Shown one piece after another: positions 11,031-25,400 of a stretch of 64,000 bases of DNA. Position numbers and translations under genes: made by a program. How positions within the stretch are numbered: position 1 is the first letter of the stretch; each line of letters opens with the position of its first letter. Source of the stretch: Diadema antillarum (taxonomy: Eukaryota); contig NW_027271474.1 of the NCBI RefSeq assembly GCF_040938485.1, positions 248,001 to 312,000 of the forward strand, written 5' to 3'. The notes below the pieces were generated by a model that ran no database searches, was not told the DNA's origin, and worked only from the letters and a program-made list of their open reading frames with translations.

Positions 11031-13184
11031 TGGAACGCTGTTTTATTGTGAAAGTACAGTATTCTTTTCTGTTTTGATATTGAATTTCAAAAGAGGAAAT
11101 GAAACAAGTTATGGTGCAAAAAAAGTAGAAGCTTGATGCTGGAGATCATTCTTACATTACTCGGAGATGATATGTGGGAATGAATGGTGCTTGCATTACG
11201 GGAGAGACTGGGAACTATGTTAAATCGAAGCTTCCATTTCAACATGTGCTTCAGACGACGTCTGAACCAAAAGTGTATTTTGTGTGACATGTGCAGTGCA
11301 GGCTCAAAGAATGAGTTTGGTCTAGCACGGCTGCATGGAGTAGCCATTATTGAGATGTCGGGGGGGGGGGGGGGGGGGGGGGGGAGGGGGGGAAGAGCGT
11401 CAAACTGTCCAAATGCCCTCATGCAGTGCACCCTTTGATTGAAGAAAAGACAGCTTTTGTCCGTCACCATACAACGTTAGGAATGATACAAGAGCTAGCA
11501 ATGGCTGAGTATATCTTTTTGCTTCAGTTTCTTGAGCAGTGCAGTCTGTATTCTTTTTCTAGTCCTTCTAAAAGGAATTGTGCCTAATCCACATAGCATT
11601 GTAGGCTTTCCTTGCTAGGTTAGTCTTGTAAGCTTGAAAGCTGTAGTATGGATTTGGCAAACCCAACTGAAGAAGCATTGCCAAGGCATCCATTTGTTTC
11701 ATATCACAAATATAAATGTGTTTCTGGAAAGATTATGCTTCAATTGCAGGACTAAATTCATGCAAATGCAAAACTGAAATACTATTTATTGTTGATGAAA
11801 GGTAAAATGAATCACCAACTGCACTTGCGATTTGGCTCTTTACAAATTTCCCTCATTACCAGATACTGATTTTTGGAGTAAGTGAACATCAGATGGGCTT
11901 GTTGGAACATGCCTTGTCCATCAAATCCTGCTGTCTTACCCCTGATATCTATTGGAAATGCATGCTATAGCAAAAGTAACTCATCCCCAGTGGGCTAACT
12001 TAAGGGTGTCTACTCACTGCTCAATCAAATCATGCTTTGCATGTTTGTGATGATTTTCTTGGATTACACATTCTTTACGAAGGCTATGCTTACAATTTCA
12101 AAATGATTGTCCAGCTCTTTAGGCATGTATGTAACTTCAGATGACTATGTATTGTAGTGCCGATTTAATACGTGAACAGTTTAATGCTCTTGATCTATGT
12201 TGAGTGGAAGAAAGCCTGTACAAATAATGGAAATACTTTGAAAGACATCCAAAGGTCCTATATTTTTTCCTGTCTTCAAGAAGGGAGAGGCTTTGAATTC
12301 AAAATATTTCAATCACTTTTCCTGTACCATTTCCATCCTTGTAGGAAAAAGTACATGCTTAAAAGGGCTCTACTTTTACTCTCAAATTCCAGTCTCTCAC
12401 CCATGGATTGTTCTTGTGTAGTTGTATTGACATTAATATGTCAAATCAAAGGCACTCCCTGAAGCAGCGTGACTGACATGCTTTACAATATGTGGGGCTT
12501 TGACTTGAGTTGCTGTTAATGTGCACATAGTTTTCCATTGGTTACAGACCGAGCCTCACATGTTGAAGAATCACAAAAGTGAGCACTTCTAGGCGACCCT
12601 CTTCCGTTGAAGTGTAGCGCATTCATTCCATGTACATGTTGTACCATTGCATCAAGTCTTCTGTTGTCTGAAAATGACATTGATATCAACTCTGAATTTA
12701 TTTTTGTCAAAAGTATTTTTTAAGATGTAATTAGTTTTGTACATTATGCTGCATGCTGTCTGTAAATTGCGTAAAATATGTCTTTCATATTGTGAGTCAC
12801 ATGTCAGAGATGCCACCTTATCCCTTGTGCCATATGGCAGAAATTCAAGATCAGGAGAGGTCGGGTAAATCTCTGAAAACTAGTGTGAACTCGCACAAAA
12901 TTTTTATGAGTTTCACAAATTTGATATGATTGTTGATTCAGCATGAAACTTTGCTGACCCTTAAAGGCAGTGAAGTCCTGTGCATGTGCAGAAATTTCAA
13001 GCAGAAGATGTGTATTAACTGCAAGGTTAAGAATAGATAAATTAACAATATAATTCTTTGAAGATAAAGCTACCAAATCTCCTTGATAACTTGCCCAATA
13101 CTCTTTTATGCCTAGATGCCAGATGACACAGGTGGTTACTTGCGATTTCGGCAGTATGCCTTCTGAGAAGAGACCCCCTTACGA

Positions 13185-13726
13185 TAAAGGACAAGTCCAC
13201 CTTCATATACATGTGGATTTTGAGAATGCAGCAATATCAGTTGAACACATAACATCTTTACTGAAAGTATGATGAGGAAAATCAGACAAACCATTCGAAA
13301 GTTATTAATTTTAAAAGTTTCTGTGAAGTCGCTGCTGGATAAGAAGACTACTACAATGTATGATGTCACATGAGTATAACGATATAAGAAAAATATTTTC
13401 TACGGAGAATTTCACAAAATTTCGTTTTTTGAAAAAAGTACACATTCCCTCAATTCGTTATTGACGTACGTTTAGGGTAATATTATGAAAGAGGCTAGTC
13501 AAATGCTCTTTTATTATGTGAGCGAAGTGAAAATACGTTGAATTTTCCTTGTATTTTCTTAATGCCATTCTACGCACGTGACATCGCAAGCTGTAGTAGT
13601 CTTTCCATCCAGCGGTGGCGGCATTGAAACTTCAGAAATTCTTAACTTTTTAATAGATTGTCTGATTTTCCTCAAACTGTCACTGATGTGTTCTACAAAT
13701 ATTGCTGCATTCTCTCAATCCTTTAA
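13185..13726. mobile_element. Family A element, second copy
   Basis: Starts taaaggacaagtccaccttcatatacat. The inverted right arm (ctgattttcctcaaactgtcactgatgtgttctac..gctgcattctctcaatcc) ends at cctttaa. Confidence 0.7.
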
Positions 13727-14952
13727 AGATTGCAGTAGTGCTCATAATAATTTGCTCAGTGTCGCTCGACTTGCTGATCTGCTTTCAGCAATTTCTCCCT
13801 TTCCGTTCAGAACGGTTCTCTCTTTTTGAGGCAGGCTCACCTCCGTGGCTGCCATTTGGAAGTCCATCAGCTGGAACGAATGCAGTGACCACAGGGCCAT
13901 TTCTAGTAAGACTCACATAGAGTGATGATACCATGCACATTGAATGAAAAAGCAGGGTTGAATTGGAATTGATTGTGTAAAGAAAAAGTAAAAGAGGAAT
14001 AAGAAACTCCTTCATGGATAAAAGTAAAAGAGGAAGCGGGAAGAGGCTAGAAAGGAGAAATTGGTTTGAGTAGCATTGTATCAGTTCAGTCCTATGCTGG
14101 AGTATATCTTTTTTTAGCTCTCTATCACTGCCTGCAAGCATTGTATGTTTGTCAAGAGGAGCTTTCGCAGTTTGTGTTGTGCCAGAAGATTGTTAAAAAA
14201 AAACATTAGTGGTCATATATTTATGAAAATTACACATTTTTGTGATATTGCGCATTTGCTGGTATATTGGGACAGGTATCTGTGAATTGTTCTCAGATAT
14301 TGCATTTCTCGTTTCTCGTTTCCTTTCTCATTTCATTTCTTGTTTCTTTCAGTGTTTCTTAGATATTCTTTCCATTGTTACCGTACTACAGTGTTTCAGT
14401 GTTATCGTCAATATATGGTACATGCCTGCCTCATATTATGTATAAGATTGCATTATGATCTTGCTTGTCATAGTGGAAACATACAAGTACGTTTAGATGG
14501 AAGAGACTTTTGCAGAGTTATCTTTGCTTTTAAATGACAAGTATATTGTACTTTTGGGAATCATGATGACACGGTAGAGATGTGATTGTGTAGATTTATT
14601 TTTGTATGAAACAGTTACCATACATCTCATTTCTAATGTGCAGCTGCTTACTTACTGAGCAGTAGCACTGGACTTTACGTACAATGTAAGGACAGATATC
14701 TTGTGCATATGAGCGATGCATTTGCCAAATAGATGGTATATTTTCAAAGATGTTCATGGGCGACTCATTAAGCACAGGGCTGGTGTAACATTTTTCAGGA
14801 GCTAGCAGCTTTGGTCTGTTTGTTGCTAAAGTACTTTTTAATGTTTTTTTTTCTGCTTAGTCCTTGTCTCTATTTGTTTTTGTTATGCAAGCTTGCAAGT
14901 TTGTGTAGGGCTTGCGGGAGGATGAATGTTATGACAGAAAGAGACAGCAGAA

Positions 14953-16157
14953 TTTTTGTATCTGCCCCCACATACATGTAGCTCGTAAGGGAGTCGGTAT
15001 AAAGGAATCACTTTGAGGGTTGGATGACCAGGTGGTCAGCGTCTGTCCATTCTAAAATATTCTGGATGGAAACCAACCTTCAGGTCTTGAGCTATTCACC
15101 TCAAATTTGGCGCATGTGACTACTTTCAGAGGTAGGATGTGCAAACACCCTTTTCATCAGTTGGGAGTAATGTGTTGCTATGGTAACAGCAAATATTCCT
15201 AGAATCATTCCAATGTGTGGATTGAATTACTTTCAGTTTTGAAGCAATTCAGTTGAAAGTTGGCACTCGTTATCAGTGTATTGTGTCATCTTACAAGACT
15301 CCTTTTTTTTTTTTTTGGTAAGTGTCAAAAAGTGTGTTGCCATGACAACAGCTTAAAAAACAAAACAAATCATACAGAATTTGTGGATTGAACTCCTCTC
15401 AGTTTCTTTAGCATTGGAGTTGGAATTTAGGAGTTATGATTGCTGTGATATATAATTTGACACCTTTTTGTGTGTGTCAAATATTATTCATACAAATCAT
15501 GGGAAAACTTGTGGGAGAAACAACTGCCAGTCTTTTTAATAATTAACTAAAATTTTTGACATATGTGATTGTGCAAAGTATCTCCTTTTCTAGTGTCAAG
15601 AAATTTGTTGCCACAGCAACAGCTTTTTGTACACAAATCATGAATATTTTGTCAATTGAAATACTCACATTTTGCACAATTGATTTGGAACATTAGATCA
15701 CTTTATTATATTACTGTTCAAGACACCTTTTTGCATGTTAAATGTGTTGCCATAGCAACATCATTTTGTTTACTAATCATACAAATCTTTTAAATTTAAG
15801 TACTAATTTTTTGCTAAATTGAGTCGGGATCCATTCATATGATTGCTGCAATGTGTAAAGGTGAAAGACCTTTTCCTAAGTGAATGTCAAGAAATGTGTT
15901 GCGATGGCAACATTTTAAAAACAAATCATGTAAAATCTTATAGACTGAACTGTGCCCTCTGCTTCTGAGCAATTTAGTTGAAATTTGGCACATAAATGTG
16001 ATCATGATAGTGTGCAATGTGAGATTCTCATTTTCAAAGTAAGGGAAATTATGTTGTCATGGCAACAACACATTAGTTACTGTTTATTATTTTCAGCGTA
16101 GTACAAGTACGGAAATGTTAGGCAGGCTATTAACCACCTTCAGCGATACTTCTGGTT
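14953..16157 (+). mobile_element. HINE/pearl/Tsp-like non-autonomous element with a tandem ~140-160-bp core
   Basis: Six GTTGCCATGGCAAC-like motifs at 15174, 15336, 15607, 15746, 15898 and 16053 in a degenerate repeating unit. The 3' end has ggcagg (weak sub-TIR to ctgccc), a degenerate hairpin and ctgg|tt. Confidence 0.55.
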
Positions 16158-18942
16158 TTGGGGTGCCCTGTTTTGTTTTGTTTTGTTTTTTGTTTTTTGT
16201 CTCCCCACTTGAATTGAATCAAACTCTTCCAAGCAATGATCAGTATTTGCGATGCAAGTTCCGTGAGTGTAGGAAAAAAAAAGTGATAATTTAGAATTTG
16301 ATACATGTTTGAGGAAAGGGGGAAGCTCAAACCAAATTTTCAGTGAACAAAGATTAAGAAATGACGAGAGTTGCAGCTGTTTGATGTTGACTGACTGTAT
16401 ATCCATTCCTCTCTTTTTGGTGTAAGAAAGATGGTGCTCAGCATTTTTTTTTCGTATGTCAGTTTTGTGATATGAAGAACTCTTCAGATATTATTTGCAT
16501 TCAAGATTTGCATAGTGGAACTGGTTTTGAGCATTTTTGCTCGACAGTAATGGTGTTTAAAGATTTGTAAGATGTTGGACCATGTGTGATGTGGAATAAT
16601 TGTGATTGAATGTGTGTATGGATGTGAGAGAGCAAAGAGAATGAGGAGCGTATTTGATAGTGTCAAGCGTTCAGAGATAGTAAATGGCTATCTGGGATAG
16701 CTTGCTGGGATAGCAAGCTTGCTGTGGTACTCATCCTCTGCAGAGCAAGTGCTAAACGTGCATCTTCTGAAAACGTAATGCTCACTGGGATATGTTTGTT
16801 GTGTCACGCAAAAAAAAAAGATCAAAGCGTCTTTGGCACCAGAAGACAGAGTGTGGTATTATTCTGTCGCCACTGAAACCAACTGCTGGTACAGATGTAG
16901 AAAGTTTTAGGGAAATAAGAGAGGCAAAAATGAAGAATGTCCTTAGTTGAAACATACAGTACTTTTTTTTTCTTCTTGTTTGCAGTCATGTAGACTGAAT
17001 TGAAGTCTTCTGCAGTACAATAAATCTATTTCGGAATGGATGTAATTATGAGGCACTTTTTCGAAGTCTGTGTAAGCATGGATTACGAAAAAAAAAATGG
17101 AGTGTGGATGATGACAACTTCTTGTTCAGCAATTTTGTTGGATACTGGTTTTCAGCTACTAGGGCGTGTACATGTACTACTGTAGAGGTCACCCAATACG
17201 GTGCTGTTCTGATTGGACATGGTTTCAAATTTTGAAGAGTGATTCTGACCATTCAGAGAGTGTGTTGAGGCCACATTTGAGAAATTCAAATGATATGCAG
17301 ATGAAGGGAGTTGTGCCCTTGAGTTTTGAGACATGCGGATCGCCCTATTGCATGCAAATAGTGTAAGTTCTGCAGCATTGTAATATAACTCACTTTCGTT
17401 TTAAAAAAAAAGGATTTTAGAGTTCATGTGATTGCAAAATGACTGTAATATGTTAGAATTTTGTGTGTATATTTCTGTTTCAATTCAGAGATTTTTTGCT
17501 TTTATATCAATTATGTATCACAGAGGTATATGTCTTTTTTTCCTCATGTGTCAGTATAGTGAAAGTACATGTTGCATGATCAATGTCTGTTAATGTACAG
17601 ACAGTATCGTGATTATCGCCCTGTTTGAATGGGGATGAGTATTCTGCTATGCTGATCAATGATGGCATGACAGCTGCTTAAACTTGGCAGTGTTCAGTGG
17701 GGCTGTGTGAGTGGATGTGGGTGTGTGTGTGGATGTGTGTGTGTGTGTCATTATCCTGCTTGGGAGTATAGTAGCTTCATGAGGTTGTATGGGAAGGGAG
17801 GGGAAGTGGGTTAGGATCTTGGTGTGGCTTTGTAGCTCTAGGGGACGACTTGCACACTTACGGAGCGAACATTTTGACATCAATCTGATTTATAGCCGTG
17901 ATTTCAATACTGTACGCTTCAAAATGATCTGGGCAGTTTGAGGATGTGTAAAATCTTGTCCAGTGTTCAAGTCTGGGAGCAAGTCTTGAAAATATTTAAG
18001 TAAGTTTTGTTTTTGTTTTTGTTTTGTATTAAACAAAAGCAATTTCCATCATAAATGGCAGTCAAATGTGATGGCGGCAGCTTAACAAGAATGATTTGGT
18101 TGTGGGTGTTGAGGTGGTTGCCAGAGTAGCTGCAACATCATAGTTGCCAAATATTGTTAACCTCTGTATAAACTGGGGCCGTATGAGAGCGTGATGGGTC
18201 ACGTTTATGCACCCAAGATCATGAAATCATCTGTGATTGATACTGATACTTCACTAGAAGTCGTGCATTTATATTGTGACATGTAGACGTGTTGAAGTCT
18301 CTTCCATCAAGATAGCCTAGAACTTGCGGACTGTATGGCATAGCAGCACAAGCTGATGTCATGATTTCATACTGGCCATAAGTGTTTAGCGAAGAGAAAT
18401 GAAAGCTGCCATGAGTTGTCTCAAGCTCATCCTCTCTTTTTGATTAAAACTTTAATAGCACTGTATGGTCTGGGAACCGCCGGTTTGAATGGAATTATCT
18501 GGAAAAGATGTTATGTTATTAGTGGCTGTGGATCGGATCATTTCCGATGATGTGGATTTGTAGGTTGGCATTATAGCTGCTGTCCCAAAAAGGCTGTGTT
18601 CAGCGTAACAACAAAGATTTATTCAAAGTGATATATGTATCTATTGTCCATTTCATGTGTACATGTAGTCAACAGTGCATAATGCTGCTCATACTGCACT
18701 GTAACGTGGTCCTCAAAAGTATGTATTGATCAGGCTCCATTTGGGAATTTCATCACTCATATTATTTTTCTACCTTTTCTCTTCATTACATGCGCAGGTT
18801 GAGGCATGATGGATCAAGTGTATTTTATGTCATGCAACTCTTGTTCACAAACAATAAAAGGTTTATATATGTAATATGTTTGTTATATTACACATTGAAA
18901 TCAAATACCTGTTGTAAAATAGCAATCCTTTTTCTATGTGTG

Positions 18943-18977
<35 letters not shown>

Positions 18978-18985
18978 GCACTTAC

Positions 18986-19234
18986 CATGGTGGAAAACTA
19001 GGACACACATACGAACTTTACATTTAAACCGAGGACACACAGAGAACCGAGGATGTCCTCGGTTCGCAGACCGTTCCAAACGGTCTGCTATTGCATGTAG
19101 GGGTACATGTTTGTAGGTCCTCGGTTGTATGGTAATATACCAATGCGTCCTCGGTTGATAAGAGTCCTACTTACAGGTCCTCGGTTATTTGGTAAAATTC
19201 TTGTGGGTAAAACAGGTTCTTGGTTTCCACCATA
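18986..19234. mobile_element. MITE with internal AACCGAGGAC repeats
   Basis: TIR atggtggaaa / tttccaccat. Motif aaccgagga at ~19027 and ~19045; inverted gtcctcggtt at ~19055, 19117, 19147 and 19177 (the last three at 30-bp period). Confidence 0.6.
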
Positions 19235-19580
19235 GATGCGTACATGTGTGTACATGTACATCGGTTTCTGGAATCCTGTCTGGAAATGGTATGCATAATG
19301 TGTGCTTTAAGGAGACCTCCAGTTGATTTTCAGATTTTTACATTTGAACAACTATAAATTAGTTATACTGAGTACAGAGTTTCAGGATTTATAATGATGA
19401 GGATGAAGAATAAGAATGTTTTCAAAATTTATAACAAATTGCAATGAACGAGGATGATGACATGGCAGCCTCACCATAAGAATGCATGAGTTGGGGGCTC
19501 AAGGAAGCAGAGCAAAAGAAGAAGGCATGCATAGATTACACAGGTCAACTTGCAAGCTAGCAGTGTTGTAATGCGAATTA

Positions 19581-20620
19581 CTGTAGAAGTGGTTTCTTTC
19601 GCGTACAGAAACTTTCGCGGTTTCCATCGGTGCGGACCTTTTCGCATGTGTTTAAATTCGCGGTCGGTAGGGGAGAGCGGGGAGAAGTGGGACATTATTT
19701 CAAGTTCGCCGATTTTCTTCTTATATCTTTTTATAGAAGAGATTATTACATTTCCTGTTGGGCTTGCATGAAGGTTCATATGGTAGGTTACATAAAGAGC
19801 TATAAGCTGGGGGTAGCACTGTTCTCAATTTTCTGCAGTTAATGAAAAGAAAAAAACTTATTTTGGGGGAGAAGTTGACCCACCCGTGGGTGAAGTGGGA
19901 CAACGGCAAGGGAGAAATGGGACTGTGGGGGTAAAGTGTGACATCCTAGATGGTCTATAGAAATGTCAAAGTTGGAAGGCATAATGAAACATTGGTAATG
20001 AAAACAGTCAAACATGCTTTAAAATGATCTTTACTTCAACAAAACAAGTTTGAACAACATGTTTGAAAATCTGAACTGCTTTACATGTAATGCTATTATG
20101 AGGGACAAATGGGACACGTTGTCCCAACTGTCCCTCACATGACATATACATAAATATGTACGACTGCTCAGTAACCATGCAGGCATTTGTCAAAAACAAG
20201 TTATATTAGTTGCATATTAATAAGGCTCACCACCAGCTTCAATTGTGCCCTTGAAATCATGAACACAAAGACAACAGGTTAATTAACTTGATTTTAAAAA
20301 AACATTATATTTTGGGGAAAATTTTCAATAGCAATTTATACATACTTAGAATTTGCCGAACTGCATGGCTTTCTTAGTGTGATGTATGGTTGCTAGGGGC
20401 TTATTGTAGATATAAGCCAATCGCTGATTTGTTGAACAGTTTTTGATTCAGAGAACGTGTCCCACTTGACCCGCGTCCCAACTCACCCCGCTCTCCCCTA
20501 ATGATACGTTATACAAGAGACAAGTTCAAAACATTTTCGTGTGATGTTAAATTCGCCGTTCAACCTCAAAGAGCGAAAAGCACAAAAATAAAACCATCGC
20601 GAAAGAAACCACTTTTACAG
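19581..20620. mobile_element. Tc1/mariner-type MITE (outer) interrupted by a nested element
   Basis: TA|CTGTAGAAGTGGTTTCTTTCGCG..CGCGAAAGAAACCACTTTTACAG|TA. Confidence 0.75.
19670..20498. mobile_element. Nested TA-targeting MITE
   Basis: TA|GGGGAGAGCGGGG..CCCCGCTCTCCCC|TA. Confidence 0.75.
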
Positions 20621-21042
20621 TACACTGCTGCATTTACTGAAATATGTGAGGCTCCTATGTCACCATCATTGTTCAGTGTACATTTGTAATTTGTTTACAT
20701 TTTTTAAAAGTATGTTTCTCTGCTCAAGGACCACAATAAATTCCACAAATCTACACATGGAGCTGTCGATTTATGTACTACATAATGTAAAATTATGAAA
20801 ATCGTCTGGAATTCCCCTTTAAAGCCATTACTTGGACGTCGAAAGATTGCAGCAACAGACCCAGCTGCACCAGAGGGCAAAGAGAATAATTTTTGCCTCA
20901 ACATAACGATGCACCATGCCATACCCAGAGTACAACAGTGTGTAGCGCCATCTTGTGTTTGTAAGATGTACACTGCTATCAAGGTGGCCAATTAATTTTA
21001 GCAGTCACCAACAATGATCCCAATGCTTATTCAGCCAAGTTG

Positions 21043-22283
21043 TTACCCACGCCGATGAAAATCGGCAGGGGGTTATGTAAAGGGTTCCGTATGTTTGTTT
21101 GTTTGTTTGTTTGTTTGTTTGTTTGTTTGTTTGTTTGTTTGTGTACAAGATAACAAGAGAACGGGTAAACGAATTTGCACGAAATGTTCAGGGGATGTTT
21201 GGATAATGGCAGGAAAGAATCGATTAGATTTTGGTGATAATCGGTTGACCCTTGCAAATTCTGTGTGACCTTGAAGTTTTGACCCCATGATATAGTGACC
21301 ACTCCGAAAATTTCCCATTTCTCACTTTGCGATTTTCCGCTACCACACGAACACATAAACTCCCAAACGATCCGACTTCGCTGCTCAAATGTTCGTAAGA
21401 ATTCCGAAATTTACGTTTAGGCCTATTTGAGGGACTATGTCCTTCTAGATTTATGAAAGTTCGTTCTCCGTCGTCACAAACTGGCCCGTATTTTGATGGT
21501 TTTTCAAATTAACATTGATTGTTTTTTTTTCGTTGGAGGAGCATTTGCTCGGTCAGTTACACTGCACGATATGCGCGCTCAATGTCAATGCGTGTGCAAG
21601 GCCGCTGAAAATGCATCGCGCTGTGCACTGTTGGTGCAAAATTGCATCGGGGACGTTGCGGCGCTCGTTGGTGACCGAATACTGGTGCAGTAGACATTTG
21701 CATACAACCCTTGCATTGAATAATTTCCGTAGACACTAATCATAGGGGTAATATTGCCTAGGGAGTACGTAAAATTTTGTTTTTCTTTTGCGCTTTTGTG
21801 GATACCATCAAAGCTCGTACACTCATACGACCTTTGATATCATCACACTCTCGGCTTGCTATGAGCAAAATATCCCGCAAGAAAACGGCGTATTTCTCGA
21901 TTTTTAGCGCTTTTTCGGCGACCCGTCGCGTAGACAATACTCTTAAAACTGGACTTAATTCGCGCGCGCTTGGAAAAGTTCTGATTCTGCACTTTTGACG
22001 GTGGTATTTGGGATTTTCGATGGATTTTTGGAGGAGACTAAAGGACTTTCCTGCTGTGAATGAGTGTTACCGTATGTGAAATGATGTGATTTGCGTGTGA
22101 TGTGACTGAAGACCCAAAGATCGTACACTTCAGTGTACGATCTTTGGTAGAACTCACTGGCTGGTGATAAAGCACACTGGCAATTAAGTGACCGAATTCT
22201 GGTAGATGACCGAATGCACATTATGTTTACCCCGACTTTGTACGAGGCGTGGGTCTGCCGCCTTTGACGGCCCCTCTCTAGTT
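21043..22283 (+). mobile_element. Helentron-associated (HINE/DINE-1-like) non-autonomous element
   Basis: 5' sub-TIR ACCCACGCC (21045-21053) with hairpin GCCGAT-gaaa-ATCGGC; (GTTT)12 at 21093-21140; 3' sub-TIR GGCGTGGGT (22246-22254); short GCCG..CGGC hairpin; end CTAG|TT. Confidence 0.7.
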
Positions 22284-22465
22284 ATATATTTTGCCATGAT
22301 TACAGTAATATGTATAATACTCTTTTTTTGGGGGGGGGGGGGATGTAATTGCAATTTTGAAAAGTAATTCAGGATTCAGGATGAGATAATTTTACGTATG
22401 AAGTTCTCCCTCAATTACGTATGTCTCCCACATTTATGACAATCCCTAGTGTGGTGCAGCTGTCT

Positions 22466-25400
22466 GTGTGTGACACACATCACTGGTGTAGTGTGTGACA
22501 CAGATCACTGGTGTAGTGTGTGACACAGATCACTGGTGTAGTGTGTGACACAGATCACTGATGTAGTGTGTGACACAGGTCACTGGTGTAGTGTGTGACA
22601 CAGATCACTAGTGTGTGACACAGATCACTGGTGTAGTGTGTGACACAGATCATTGGTGTAGTGTGTGACACAGGTCACTGGTGTAGTGTGTGACACAGAT
22701 CACTGGTGTAGTGTGTGACACAGATCACTGGTGTAGTGTGTGACACAGATCACTGATGTAGTGTGTGACACAGATCACTGGTGTAGTGTGTGACACAGGT
22801 CACTGGTGTAGTGTGTGACACAGATCACTGGTGTAGTGTGTGACACAGGTCACTGATGTAGTGTGTGACACAGATCACTGATGTAGTGTGTGACAAAGAT
22901 CACTGGTGTAGTGTGTGACACAGATCACTGATGTAGTGTGTGACACAGATCACTGGTGTAGTGTGTGACACAGATCACTGATGTAGTGTGTGACACAGAT
23001 CACTGGTGTAGTGTGTGACACAGATCACTGGTGTAGTGTGTGACACAGATCACTGGTGTAGTGTGTGACACAGGTCACTGGTGTAGTGTGTGACACAGAT
23101 CACTGGTGTAGTGTGTGACACAGGTCACTGGTGTAGGGTGTGACACAGGTCACTGGTGTAGTGTGTGACACAGATCACTGGTGTAGTGTGTGACACAGAT
23201 CACTGGTGTAGTGTGTGACACAGATCACTGGTGTAGTGTGTGACACAGATCACTGATGTAGTGTGTGACACAGATCACTGGTGTAGTGTGTGACACAGAT
23301 CACTGATGTAGTGTGTGACACAGGTCACTGGTGTAGTGTGTGACACAGGTCACTGATGTAGTGTGTGACACAGGTCACTGGTGTAGTGTGTGACACAGGT
23401 CACTGGTGTAGTGTGTGACACAGGTCACTGGTGTAGTGTGTGACACAGGTCACTGGTGTAGTGTGTGACACAGATCACTGATGTAGTGTGTGACACAGAT
23501 CACTGATGTAGTGTGTGACACAGATCACTGGTGTAGTGTGTGACACAGATCACTGATGTAGTGTGTGACACAGATCACTGGTGTAGTGTGTGACACAGAT
23601 CACTGGTGTAGTGTGTGACACAGGTCACTGGTGTAGTGTGTGACACAGATCACTGATGTAGTGTGTGACACAGATCACTGGTGTAGTGTGTGACACAGAT
23701 CACTGGTGTAGTGTGTGACACAGGTCACTGGTGTAGTGTGTGACACAGATCACTGATGTAGTGTGTGGCACAGATCACTGGTGTAGTGTGTGACACAGGT
23801 CACTGGTGTAGTGTGTGACACAGATCACTGATGTAGTGTGTGACACAGATCACTGGTGTAGTGTGTGACACAGGTCACTGATGTAGTGTGTGACACAGAT
23901 CACTGGTGTAGTGTGTGACACAGATCACTGATGTAGTGTGTGACACAGATCACTGGTGTAGTGTGTGACACAGATCACTGGTGTAGTGTGTGACACAGGT
24001 CACTGGTGTAGTGTGTGACACAGATCACTGGTGTAGTGTGTGACACAGATCACTGATGTAGTGTGTGACACAGATCACTGGTGTAGTGTGTGACACAGGT
24101 CACTGGTGTAGTGTGTGACACAGATCACTGGTGTAGTGTGTGACACAGGTCACTGGTGTAGGGTGTGACACAGGTCACTGGTGTAGTGTGTGACACAGGT
24201 CACTGGTGTAGTGTGTGACACAGATCACTGGTGTAGTGTGTGACACAGATCACTGGTGTAGTGTGTGACACAGATCACTGGTGTAGTGTGTGACACAGGT
24301 CACTGGTGTAGTGTGTGACACAGATCACTGATGTAGTGTGTGGCACAGATCACTGGTGTAGTGTGTGACACAGGTCACTGGTGTAGTGTGTGACACAGAT
24401 CACTGGTGTAGTGTGTGACACAGATCACTGATGTAGTGTGTGACACAGGTCACTGGTGTAGTGTGTGACACAGATCACTGATGTAGTGTGTGACACAGAT
24501 CACTGATGTAGTGTGTGACACAGGTCACTGGTGTAGTGTGTGACACAGATCACTGGTGTAGTGTGTGACACAGGTTACTGGTGTAGTGTGTGACACAGAT
24601 CACTGATGTAGTGTGTGACATAGATCACTGGTGTAGTGTGTGACACAGATCACTGATGTAGTGTGTGACACAGATCACTGATGTAGTGTGTGACACAGAT
24701 CACTGGTGTAGTGTGTGACACAGATCACTGATGTAGTGTGTGACACAGATCACTGGTGTAGTGTGTGACACAGATCACTGGTGTAGTGTGTGACACAGGT
24801 CACTGGTGTAGTGTGTGACACAGATCACTGATGTAGTGTGTGACACAGATCACTGGTGTAGTGTGTGACACAGATCACTGGTGTAGTGTGTGACACAGGT
24901 CACTGGTGTAGTGTGTGACACAGATCACTGATGTAGTGTGTGACACAGATCACTGGTGTAGTGTGTGACACAGGTCACTGGTGTAGTGTGTGACACAGAT
25001 CACTGGTGTAGTGTGTGACACAGGTCACTGGTGTAGTGTGTGACACAGATCACTGATGTAGTGTGTGACACAGATCACTGATGTAGTGTGTGACACAGGT
25101 CACTGGTGTAGTGTGTGACACAGATCACTGATGTAGTGTGTGACACAGATCACTGATGTAGTGTGTGACACAGATCACTGATGTAGTGTGTGACACAGGT
25201 CACTGGTGTAGTGTGTGACACAGATCACTGGTGTAGTGTGTGACACAGGTTACTGGTGTAGTGTGTGACACAGATCACTGATGTAGTGTGTGACATAGAT
25301 CACTGGTGTAGTGTGTGACACAGGTCACTGATGTAGTGTGTGAAACAGATCACTGATGTAGTGTGTGACACAGATCACTGGTGTAGTGTGTGACACAGAT

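Noticed and set aside
11360-11392. Poly-Gly/poly-Pro ORFs and potential G-quadruplex
   Set aside because: Simple G homopolymer; similar G/C runs are scattered throughout the window.
16687-16724. Overlapping short hairpins (gctatc/gatagc and agcttgct/agcaagct)
   Set aside because: Too short for a miRNA precursor; explained by a small local duplication.
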